From: an uncultured Verrucomicrobiae bacterium
Lineage (GTDB): Bacteria; Verrucomicrobiota; Verrucomicrobiia; Chthoniobacterales; UBA10450
Reading direction: 5' to 3'
Assembly: GCA_963821615.1 (NCBI GenBank)
Contig: CAWGEN010000012.1
Span: forward strand, 84,802-148,801
DNA length: 64,000 bases
Below the pieces are notes generated by a model. It was not told the origin of the DNA, searched no databases, and was given only the letters and a program-made list of their open reading frames with translations. This document shows, piece after piece, positions 55,202-64,000 of this stretch. How positions within the stretch are numbered: position 1 is the stretch's first letter; each line of letters opens with the position of its first letter. The position numbers and the translations under genes were made by a program.

Positions 55202-55688
55202 TTGGAAAAAGAAGGAACTCACGATCTCTCACGGAGTCTGCCGCAGCTTTACCGGTTCTGTTTTCTCATGACCGGCGACGCGGCCAAGGCGCTGGAGGCG
55301 TTCCAAAATACGGTGCGCGAAGCGGCGCTGCTCGCGTCGCGCGGGCAGTTGCCGGCCGATCGGCTCTGGTCCTTTCACGAAGCGCGGCATCAGTGCCTCG
55401 AGCTCATCAAAGGACGACGTGCAACCGGAGCAACGATGATGCCGGAGGAACCGATCGCGCCCGATGCCGCGGCCCGCGTCGCGCAACTCGACCCGGATCA
55501 GCTCGCGGCGTGGATTTCGGCCGCGCCGGAGCCGCAACGCAGCGCTCTGGCTTTTTTTTACCTGAATGAATTTTCGCACCGCGAGATGCAGAATCTGCTT
55601 GATCGTGAAAATGAACGAACTGGCGAGCTTGATCTCGCATGGCCGGTCGCAATTCCAGGCCTGGCTCAATACCGTGACGGAGGCGCCG
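55202..55688 (+). CDS. ECF-type RNA polymerase sigma factor; 1-2 frame corrections; 3' boundary approximate
   Basis: Region-2-like LYRFCFLMTGDAAKALEAFQNT. Region-4-like PEPQRSALAFFYLNEFSHREMQNLL, continuing as NELASLISHGRSQFQAWL in ORF 55566..55826. Confidence 0.55.
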
Positions 55689-56483
55689 ATGAAGCGCTGG
55701 CTCTCCCGGCGCAAACGCGCTCTGATCGAATGTCGCGCCGATCAGCGACGCGCCGCCGAGCGATCGTGCGATGCGTTCGGCGCTGGAAAGTGCGCGCACG
55801 ATTCCCGGAGGCCGCGGCGAGCCTGACCGCGCAGCAGCAATTCGACCAGGCCCTGGCGAAGCTGACGCAAGGCGATCCCGATCCCGAAGGAAGCAGCCGA
55901 GTGGTTCGTCAATAGCGCCCTGATCAAGGGCGCGAAACGCAATTGGAAAAAGACGGCGCGGCATCCGGCGATCCTCGCCACGGCGCTGGCGGTGCTGGTG
56001 CTGGCCGGAATCGCGATCTTCTTTTTCGTCGAGCGGCTGCATGAATTCCCCGGTTCGGACGACTGCCAAAAAGATGCTCGTCGTACGCCAAGCACCACGC
56101 GCCAGGCCCAGTTCGAGCCGCTCAACACCGACGCGATCAATCTCGGCGATTATTTTTTCATGAAATTCCAGCTCGAGCACTTCGACGTTCCGATGCGTTT
56201 TGCCGACTTCCGGGCGCGCGGGGCGCGGGTCTTCGAGGACGAGGATGGACATCGCGTCGCGCAGGTCTTGCTGGCGGAAAGCGGGGTGCAGTTCTTTCTT
56301 TATCCCGGCGAGAAAACGGACCCGCGCCCGTCGCGTCAAAGCCAGGGCGACCGATCTGGCGGTACGTGGAGAGACGAAGGCTGGGCTGGAGCGGTGCAAG
56401 AGCGTGACGGAGTCTGTTTCATGATCGCGATGCATGGGAGCGAGGAAGAATTGCGGTCGTATTTGAGCGATCGGCAGCGCTAG
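55689..56483 (+). CDS. Putative anti-sigma factor, single-pass membrane protein; about 2 frame corrections
   Basis: MKRWLSRRKRALIE...; TM segment HPAILATALAVLVLAGIAIFFFV (ORFs 55202..55915 and 55992..56483). Placed immediately after the sigma gene. Confidence 0.45.
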
Positions 56484-56521
56484 GGCAAAACTCCGCTGGA
56501 ACCTCAAGCCATTCCATAATC

Positions 56522-56593
56522 TGCCAGGGGGGAGAGTTGAACTCCCGACCAAGGGCTTATGAGTCCCCTGCTCTACCACTGAGCTACCCTGGC
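56522..56593 (-). tRNA. tRNA with anticodon CAT (elongator Met, or Ile2 if lysidine-modified); no encoded CCA
   Basis: Hand-folded cloverleaf: GCCAGGG-TA-GCTC-AGTGGTA-GAGC-A-GGGGA-CTCATAA-GCCCT-TGGTC-GGGAG-TTCAACT-CTCCC-CCCTGGC-A. The acceptor stem is a perfect 7 bp. The G1-C72 pair argues against an initiator tRNA. Confidence 0.85.
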
Positions 56594-56678
56594 GCGCGAG
56601 CCGGTATAGTTGAATGACGCGCCGAATGTGTCAACGCGACCTCGCCCTGCGTTCGCAAGCAGGCGCCTTCAGGATTGA

Positions 56679-56708
56679 TCGGGAGTTCCACTCTCCCCCT
56701 GGCAGATT
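56679..56708 (+). repeat. Orphan copy of the tRNA 3' end (T-arm, acceptor 3' strand and 4 flanking nt), inverted relative to the tRNA gene
   Basis: TCGGGAGTTCCACTCTCCCCCTGGCAGATT compared with the tRNA-sense sequence TCGGGAGTTCAACTCTCCCCCCTGGCAGATT (plus-strand 56518-56548): 1 mismatch and 1 gap. Confidence 0.7.
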
Positions 56709-56729
56709 TTTCAAAAAGCGTCTCGATTT

Positions 56730-56757
56730 GACAATGAATGAACGTTCATTCATTGTC
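56730..56757. promoter_or_regulatory. Perfect 28-bp palindrome, candidate TetR operator overlapping a TTGACA -35-like hexamer
   Basis: GACAATGAATGAAC|GTTCATTCATTGTC. TTGACA sits at 56728-56733. The palindrome ends 8 nt before the tetR-family ATG at 56766. Confidence 0.65.
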
Positions 56758-56765
56758 TTGGTCCG

Positions 56766-57396
56766 ATGTCCACGAAACGCTCCAGCGGCACCCTCGATCG
56801 CCAGCAGCAGATCCTCGAAGCGGCCATGCTCTGCTTCGCCAAGCGCGGCTTTCACCAGACCAGCATGCACGACATCAGCGCCGAGGCCGGAATCAGCGTC
56901 GGACTTATTTATCGCTACTTCAAGAACAAGGAGGAAGTCATCGCGGCGCTCGCGGCCGAGCACAAGAAGGATATCGCCGAGCTGTTGGAGCGCGCCGGAC
57001 AGGCGCCGACACTCCTCGAGGCGATGGAAATTCTCTTCACCTCGCATTGTTGCGAGCAGTCACCGCAGATCATCTCCGCTTTCGTGGTCGATCTGTTCGC
57101 CGAGGCGAGCCGGAATCCGCAGGTGGCGAAAGTGGTGCGTAATGTCGTGAAAACAAAGACCGACGGAGTGGCGGACTTGATCGCGCGCTCGCCCGAGGGC
57201 CGCCGCATCGCGCCCTGGCTCGATCCGCACGAAATTGCCGAAATGATTTTCGCGTTGAATGATGGTGCCATGATGCGGAACGTATTTCGCGCCAGGCAAT
57301 TCCATCGCCCGGCAGCGAGAACATCAACTCAACGTCGCCCGCACTCTCTGGCGACTTCTCTTCAGTCGAACTTCCCATGCAAACGGCCACAACTAA
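56766..57396 (+). CDS. TetR-family transcriptional repressor; 1 frame correction near 57285; stop uncertain (57396 or 57416)
   Basis: RQQQILEAAMLCFAKRGFHQTSMHDISAEAGISVGLIYRYFKNKEEV is the HTH region. Confidence 0.8.
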
Positions 57397-58579
57397 ACCA
57401 CCTTCCCGACCGATAGCCGGCTCCGCTTTCTCCGCGCCGAAACGCGGCCAGAAGGGCCCGATCTTCTGGGTCGTGCTCGGCCTCATCGGACTGTTTCTCT
57501 TGTTTGCCGGAATCAAGGTTCTCCAGATTTTCACCATGATCTCCGCCGGTAAGACGATGGTCCCGCCGCCGACGACGGTCACGAGCGCGATCGTCAAGCA
57601 GGCTGATTGGCAACCGATTTTGAGCGCAATCGGTTCCATCTCGCCGGTGCAGGGCGCCATAATCAGCGCGGAAATTCCCGGCATGGTCGCCGAGATCGGT
57701 TTTGAATCGGGCAAACCGGTCAAGAAAGGCGATCTCCTTCTGAAGCTCGACGCTTCCTCGGAAATCGCGCAGTTGCGCTCCGCTCAAGCTGATGCCGAGT
57801 TGGCCAAGGCCGACTATGACCGGGCGCGCGATCTCGCGAATCGCAAGGTAATTTCCAAGGCCGAGCTCGATGCGGCCGAATCGAAATACACGCAGAAAAA
57901 GGCGATGGTCGATAACATGCAGGCGATAATCGACAAGAAGGAAATCCACGCTCCATTCGACGGCGTCGCGGGCATCCGTTCGGTCAATCCCGGGCAGATG
58001 GTCGCGGCTGGCGATCCGCTCGTTTCGCTGCAAACGCTCGATCACGTCTTCGTCGATTTTTCGCTGCCGCAGAAGGATCTTGGGAAAATCGCAAACGATC
58101 TCCCGGTCCGCGTCACGACCGACGCTGTTCCCGGCCGCGAATTCAGCGGCGCGTTGAGTGCGATCAATCCGGCGGTCGACCAGGCGACGCGCAACGTGAA
58201 GTTGCAGGCAACGCTCAACAACCAGGACCACGCCCTGCGCGCGGGAATGTTTGCCAAAGTCGAGGTCCTCCTGCCGGAGAAGAATTCAGTTCTCTACATC
58301 CCGGCGACATCGGTCGCCTACGCGCCTTACGGAGATTCGGTTTACGTGATCGAAAAGAAACACGACGAAAAAACAAAGCAGGATGAGCTGGTGCTGCGTC
58401 AGCAGTTCGTCCGGCTGGGCGAGGCGCGGGGCGATTTCGTCGCGGTCACGGAAGGGTTGAAAGCGGGACAGGAAGTGGTTAGCACGGGCGCCTTCAAGCT
58501 GCGCAACGGCATGAAGGTGGTGATCGACAACAAGCTGGCGCCGAAAGCGCAGCTCAATCCCACACCGAGCGATACCTGA
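57377..58579 (+). CDS. RND efflux periplasmic adaptor (membrane fusion protein)
   Basis: Intact 400-aa ORF with an N-terminal TM segment and lipoyl/hairpin/beta-barrel patterns (GDLLLKLD...AELAKADYDRARDL...APFDGVAG...). Confidence 0.85.
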   Translation: MQTATTKPPSRPIAGSAFSAPKRGQKGPIFWVVLGLIGLFLLFAGIKVLQIFTMISAGKTMVPPPTTVTSAIVKQADWQPILSAIGSISPVQGAIISAEIPGMVAEIGFESGKPVKKGDLLLKLDASSEIAQLRSAQADAELAKADYDRARDLANRKVISKAELDAAESKYTQKKAMVDNMQAIIDKKEIHAPFDGVAGIRSVNPGQMVAAGDPLVSLQTLDHVFVDFSLPQKDLGKIANDLPVRVTTDAVPGREFSGALSAINPAVDQATRNVKLQATLNNQDHALRAGMFAKVEVLLPEKNSVLYIPATSVAYAPYGDSVYVIEKKHDEKTKQDELVLRQQFVRLGEARGDFVAVTEGLKAGQEVVSTGAFKLRNGMKVVIDNKLAPKAQLNPTPSDT

Positions 58580-58593
58580 CGAATTTCGCAAGC

Positions 58594-61500
58594 GTGAAAT
58601 CCTTCACCGATCTTTTCATTCGCCGGCCAGTCCTCGCGCTGGTCGTCAGCCTCGTGATTATCATCGCCGGGCTGCAGGCGATTTCTTCGCTCAACGTCCG
58701 GCAATATCCGCGCAGCGACATCGCTTCGGTAAGCGTGCAAACGGTTTACGTGGGCGCGAGCGCAGAGCTGGTGCGCGGGTTTATCACCACTCCTCTCGAG
58801 CGCGCGATCGCGGCCGCGGATGGCATCGATTACCTGCAATCGCAAAGTTCGCAGGGCTCCTCGACGATTACGGCGCACCTGAAACTCAATTACGACTCGA
58901 ACAAGGCGCTCTCCGAGATCAGCTCCAAGGTCAATCAGGAGCGGAACAATCTGCCCCCGGAAGCTGAAGTGCCGGTGATCAACATCGAGCCGGCCGACTC
59001 CCAATACGCTTCGGCTTATCTCAGCTTCACCTCCAATATCCTGGAGGCCAACGAGATCACCGACTACCTCACCCGCATCGTCCAGCCGCGCCTGACCGCG
59101 CTCCCCGGCGTGCAGCGGGCGGAGATTCTCGGCGGCCGCACCTTCGCCATGCGCATCTGGCTCAAGCCGGATCGGATGGCCGCGCTCAACGTAAGCCCGG
59201 CGCAGGTGCGCCAGGCGCTTGCGGCCAACAATTTTCTTTCCGCAGTCGGCAGCACCAAGGGTTCGCTTGTCCAGGTCGACCTGACGGCGAACACCGATCT
59301 CCATTCGGTGCAGGATTTCAAAAATCTGGTCGTGCGCCAGGAAAACAACGTTCTCGTCAGGCTGGGTGACATCGCGGACGTGGTGCTCGGCGCCGAGGAT
59401 TATAACTCGCAGGTTCGGTTCTCCGGCGAGCGCGCCGTTTTCATGGGCATTTTCGTTTTGCCGAACGCCAACTCGATCGACGTCGATCAAGCGAGTTCGA
59501 ACTGAGATGGTGGAGATTCAGAAGGAACTTCCCACGCGGTCTCCAAGGCCGCATCGCCTATGACGGTACGGAATACATCAACACCGCGATCCACGACGTC
59601 TTTCGCACCCTGATGGAGACGCTCCTCATCGTCGTGATCGTGATCTTCCTTTTCCTCGGCTCGTGGCGCTCGGTCATCATTCCCGTGGTCGCGATCCCGA
59701 TCTCTCTCATCGGCGGGGTTTTTCTCATGCAGGTTTTTGGTTTCACGATCAACCTGCTCACCCTGCTCGCGATCGTCCTCTCGGTCGGTCTGGTGGTCGA
59801 CGACGCCATCGTCGTGGTGGAAAACGTCGAGCGCCATCTGCGCGAAGGCCTCAGCCCAACCAACGCCGCTCTCATCGGCGCGCGCGAGCTGATCAGCCCG
59901 ATTATCGCCATGACGATTACCCTCGCCGCGGTCTACGTGCCGATCGGTATCCAGGGCGGTCTGACAGGAACGCTCTTCCGCGAGTTTGCCTTTACCCTGG
60001 CCGGCGCGGTCACCATATCGGGCGTCGTCGCGCTCACCCTCTCGCCCATGATGTCGGCCCAACTGTTGCGCGCCAGCGCCGAGGAGCACGGCTTTGCCGG
60101 CAAGGTCAACCGTACCTTCGATCGCATCCGTGAGTCGTATGGGCGCATGCTCGATCGCACTCTGCAGGTGCGCCCGGCGGTTTACGTCGCCTGGATCGGC
60201 TTGTCGATTCTCGGGCTTCTCCTCCTCAAGTTTTCCATCTCGATGAATAGCGAATTGGCGCCGACCGAAGATCAGGGCGTTATCTTCGGCGTCATCGATG
60301 CACCCGCCAACGCGACCATCGATCAGACATCTGCGTTCGCCGACGCGGCCGAGAAGGAATTCCTCAGTTTCCCGGAAACGAATTTCACTTTTCAGCTCAC
60401 TTTTCCGTCGAGTGGCTTCGGCGGCATGGTGTTTAAGCCCTGGGGCAAGCGGAAGGAAACACCGTTTCAACTCATGCCGAAGGTCCAGGCAAAGCTCAGC
60501 ACGATTCCCGGCATCCAGATGTTTCCGTTGATGCCCCCGGCCCTGCCCGGCGGCGGACAATTCCCGGTTGAGTTCGTCATTCTTTCGACCGCGGAGCCGG
60601 AGCAGATGCTCGATTTCGCCAAGCAATTGCAGGCGGCCGCGATGAAGAGTGGCAAGTTCGCTTTTCCGCCGATCATCGATACAAAAATCGATCAGCCGCA
60701 GGCTGAGATCGTGATCGATCACGACAAGGCCGCGGCGCTCGGTCTCAACCTCCAGCAGGTCGGTGCGGACCTTTCCGCGATGATGGGCGGCAATTTCGTC
60801 AACCGCTTCGACATCGCCGGCCGCGCCTACAAGGTCATTCCGCAAATCAAGCGGGTCGATCGGCTCAATCCCCATCAGTTAGAGGAAATCTATGTCACCG
60901 GGCCGGATGGAAAATTGATCCAGCTCAGCACGATCGCGACGATCCGCAACAAAGTGGTTCCGCGCTCGCTTAACCGGTTGCAGCAGCTTAACGCGATCAC
61001 GATCAGTGGCGTTGCGATCGTGCCCGATCGATCAGGCGCTCAAGGTTCTGGAAGACGAGGCCGCCAAGATTCTGCCGAAGGGTTACTCGGTTGATTACAC
61101 CGGTGAGTCGCGCCAACTGCGCGTCGAAGGCGACAAGTTCCTGCCCGCGTTCGGACTCGCCTTCATCCTCATCTTTCTCGTTCTCGCGGCGCAGTTCAAC
61201 AGCTTCCGCGATCCGCTCATCATTCTCTTTGGCTCTGTCCCGCTGGCCATGTTCGGCGCGCTCATTTTCACCTTCCTGAGAATGCCGAGTCCAAACATTC
61301 CGTTTTTCACCAACGGCTGGACCACGACGATGAATATCTATTCGCAGGTCGGATTGGTCACGCTGGTCGGCCTCATTTCCAAGAATGCAATCCTGATCGT
61401 CGAGTTCGCCAACAAGCTGCAGCTCCAGGGCTTCGATAAAGTGGCCGCAGCTGGCGCAAGCCGCCCGAACCCGGTTGCGGCCGATCCTGATGACGACGAT

Positions 61501-61750
61501 CGCGACCGTTGCGGGTCACTTCCCGCTCGTGCTCGTAACCGGCGCCGGCGCCAAAGCGCGTAACTCGATCGGTCTGGTCCTCGTGGGCGGAATGAGCATC
61601 GGCACGATCTTTACTCTCTTCATTGTGCCGTCGCTCTATGTGCTGATCGCGCGGACGCACAACGAAGGTGCGAAAGAAAAGTCTCCCGACGCGCGCGAGC
61701 CGGAAAGGCCGCGGGAACCCGAGTTGGTGCCTGAATTCGCCGACGCCTGA
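58594..61750 (+). CDS. RND-family (AcrB/HAE1-like) inner-membrane efflux transporter; 4 frame corrections
   Basis: ORFs 58594..59505, 59366..59563, 59613..61094, 61006..61563 and 61475..61750: FIRRPVLALVVSL...; SVGLVVDDAIVVVENVERH; GLISKNAILIVEFAN; RLRPILMTTIATVAG. Confidence 0.85.
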
Positions 61751-61806
61751 GAAACGGGGTTGGTCGCAGAGAACGGGGTCAGCGATCCAGGCGACAGCCA
61801 GATTCA

Positions 61807-64000
61807 CTACGCTTCCTTCGCTGCGATTTCGCTGCACGCTTGCAGGTCGAGCTTACCCGTCGCCAGCACTGGGATTTGCTCGACCCGTCTGATCACTTTC
61901 GGAATCCAGAGATTCGGCACCCCGGCGTCGCGCAAATCCGACCGGAGTTGCGCCTGATCGATCTCGATCGCGCTCAGGAGAACGAGCGCCTCGCCCTTTT
62001 GCGGATCGACCACAGACGTCACTGCGAGCATTCGTTCTCCTTCATTGCTCAGCTTCAGCGCGGCCAGAATCTTTTGTTCCACCGTCTCGTGCGGCACCAT
62101 TTCTCCGCCGATCTTGGAAAAGCGCGAGAGCCGGCCTTCGATAAAAAGAAAGCCGTCCTCATCGAAGCGTCCGAGGTCCCCGGTCTTCAGCCAACCCTCC
62201 TGCAGCACTTCGGCCGTGCGCTCGGGATCGCCGCAGGTAGCCCTCGAAAATATTCGGGCCGCGCAGCCAGAGCATGCCGGACGCATGGAGCGAGAGCCTG
62301 GCTCCCGTTTCCGGATCGCGGATCTCCGCCGCGATTCCCGGCGCCATTTTCCCAACCGACCCGGGCCGCTGCGAAGGCTGCACCGGATCGCCTGGGTTAT
62401 CCGGTTCCGGATCGGGCAGGTTCACGCTCACGACCGGCGAAGTCTCCGTCAGGCCATAGCCTTCGTAGACCGGTTTACCAAAACGATCGGCAAAAGCGTC
62501 GGCCAGGCTGCGCGGCAATTTCTCCGCGCCGGTGATCGTTAGGCGCACACTCTTCATTTGCTCCGGCTCCGCTTTGCGCAGGTAGCCGCGCAGGAAAGTC
62601 GGCGCTGCCAGCACGAGGGTGACGCGATGGCGTTCGATCAGCTCCGCGCATTTCGCCGTCTCGAGCGGGTTCGGATAGGTGACGATGCGCACGCCCGTCG
62701 ATGAGCGGAAACCAAAGCGTGACCGTGCAACCAAAGCTGTGGAAAAATGGGAGCGAAGCGAGGATCAGATCTTCACGCGTCGCGTCGAGCATGGCGCGGA
62801 ACTGCGAGACGTTGCCAATCAGATTGCGGTGACTCAGCACAACGCCTTTGGGATCGCCCGAACTGCCGCTGGTGAAGAGGAGGACGGCCTCGGCGTGGTC
62901 CCCTTCCCGCGGAATTTCAAGCAATCGAATGAGCCAGCCAGCCGGCAGGAAGACTGCCGCCATCCACCAGAGAAAAATCCGGGCCTTCAACCTGGGGAGC
63001 AACTCATCCAGTTGCACCACATGCTCCGGCCACGGAAAATCCGTCAGGCGTTTGGCAAAAGCGTTCGCGGAAATGGCGACTTTCAATACCGGCAATTTGC
63101 TGCGCGCGCTCGAGTGCGGCGCGCCCGCTCGTGAAATTCAAACCAACCGGTACCTTACCCGCCAGTACGACCGCAAGGTTCGCCACCACGCCACCTTTGC
63201 TCGCGGGCAGGACAATGCCGATCCGGTCGTCGGGAAAATTCTTGCGCAGCGATCGACTCAGCGCTGCAGCCACGCCGAGCAGCTTTCCGCGGCTGAGCGA
63301 ACTCTGATCCATCCCTTCGATGACCGCGGTCCGAAAAGGATGACGCGCCAGGCCGCGCACCGCGGCCTGCGCCGAGATGCCCGCGCAAGGCCGGGCGCCG
63401 GCTGTAGCACCTTTCGCCCAGCTTGAGCAGTTCCTCCCGCACCGTCGCGATATCGGCCTCGTTAGGCGTAAGCGGCTCCCCGAATTCCACCGTCGCGGGA
63501 TACGGAATCCGCCGCGGCCATTTGGTGAAAAAGCGCTGACCTTGGAAGGAAAAAATGGAACCCCAGAGTTGATCGAGCCAGACCGGCACGACCGGTCCGT
63601 CAGCCTGCCGCGCGATGATCTCGTAGCCGCGCCGCAACCGCAGAAGAGTGCCGGAACGCGTCAGTTGCCCTTCCGGGAAAAGACAGACGATTTCGCCATC
63701 GCGAATCTTTTCGGCTGCCAAACGCATCGCATCCTTCGCCCGGCGCGCCGTAATCGGGATGCAACCGACGGCGCGCAGGATGGGATGCAGGAAACGGTTC
63801 TTGTAATATTCCTGGTCGATGATGAAGCGAATCGGCCGTGGACAGGCAACCAGGAGGATGAGCGCGTCGACCCACGTGATGTGGTTGGGCAAAAGCAAGA
63901 ATCCGCCGCGCGGCAAACGCTCCGTGCCGACCGCCGTGACCCGATAAATCAGCCGCACAAGCGGCAACCCAAAGAAACGCAAGACGCGCTCGGCGGCGGA
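61807..64000 (-). CDS. Aas-like bifunctional acyltransferase / acyl-ACP (AMP-forming) synthetase; at least 4 frame corrections; probably continues beyond the right edge
   Basis: ORF 63155..63982 has PNHITWVD (HX4D) and [13 protein letters not shown] 62475..63095 has [18 protein letters not shown]. ORFs 62159..62734 and 61807..62355 give GYGLTETSP and GWLKTGDLG. The reading frame is open to position 64000. Confidence 0.7.

Larger units (their letters stand above)
1157..63467. repeat. Dispersed family of 38 exact copies of the 9-mer GCCTAACGA/TCGTTAGGC (coordinates in finding 1)
   Basis: Hand scan of every sequence line for TAACG and CGTTA. 20 copies read GCCTAACGA on the plus strand and 18 read TCGTTAGGC. 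Confidence 0.85.

Noticed and set aside
56637-56708. A second, plus-strand tRNA gene ending at 56708
   Set aside because: Only the T-arm and the acceptor 3' strand are present. The upstream 40 nt give no acceptor 5' strand, D-arm or anticodon arm.
1157-63467. The 9-mer as an inserted element, an artefact, or the cause of the frameshifts
   Set aside because: Copies keep reading frames and conserved residues intact and never fall in a stop-generating frame inside a gene. The frame disruptions I could localise (983-986, 1694, 20662, about 5440) are not near copies. The two that lie 12-14 nt from variant copies (28126, about 17241) look coincidental.
1157-63467. The 9-mer as a Chi, KOPS or other replication-oriented polar sequence
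   Set aside because: The split is 20 plus-strand to 18 minus-strand copies within one 64 kb window, with no bias relative to transcription either. A polar signal should be strongly skewed unless the window spans ori or ter, and I see no sign of that.
863-64000. Calling the split genes true pseudogenes, or invoking programmed frameshifting
   Set aside because: Too many essential single-copy functions are affected, and the sites share no slippery motif. Sequence error is the simpler explanation. I kept them as CDS with caveats.
1-64000. Apparent abundance of GATC/CGATCG-containing words (HIP1-like GCGATCGC)
   Set aside because: I noticed this by eye only. In GC-rich coding DNA these words arise often from common codons (GCG, ATC, GAT, CGC), and I could not establish enrichment without a count.

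Overview
GC-rich bacterial chromosome segment, roughly 60% GC by eye. Gene content suggests the PVC group, probably Verrucomicrobia: LL-DAP aminotransferase dapL, a fused secDF, a fused cobA/hemD, and a giant beta-helix repeat exoprotein. This taxonomic call is an inference. About 60 genes are present, mostly housekeeping: lipA, recR, recF, smc, yajC-secDF, rpsU, a hemX-like/hemA/hemC/cobA-hemD operon, apt, queF-queC, ald, lpxB, fcl, msrB and dapL. There is also one tRNA (anticodon CAT), a TetR-controlled RND efflux operon, an ECF sigma/anti-sigma pair, and a non-canonical GrpE-like/Hsp70/J-like-FGE-domain chaperone module. I saw no rRNA, CRISPR array, transposase or integrase. Three things stand out. 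(1) The exact 9-mer GCCTAACGA/TCGTTAGGC occurs 38 times by hand count, against fewer than 1 expected. It appears in both orientations, in all four stop-free reading frames and in spacers, which resembles a DNA-uptake-signal-type genomic word. (2) Most genes need one or more 1-nt frame corrections, including essential ones, so the sequence probably carries indel errors; yet a 7.3 kb stretch (about 45.7-53.0 kb) has none. (3) The Hsp70 module encodes a partner with a J-like domain lacking HPD and an FGE-sulfatase-like domain lacking the catalytic cysteines. All coordinates and translations were worked out by hand from the sequence and the ORF track. CDS ends in frameshifted genes are approximate.
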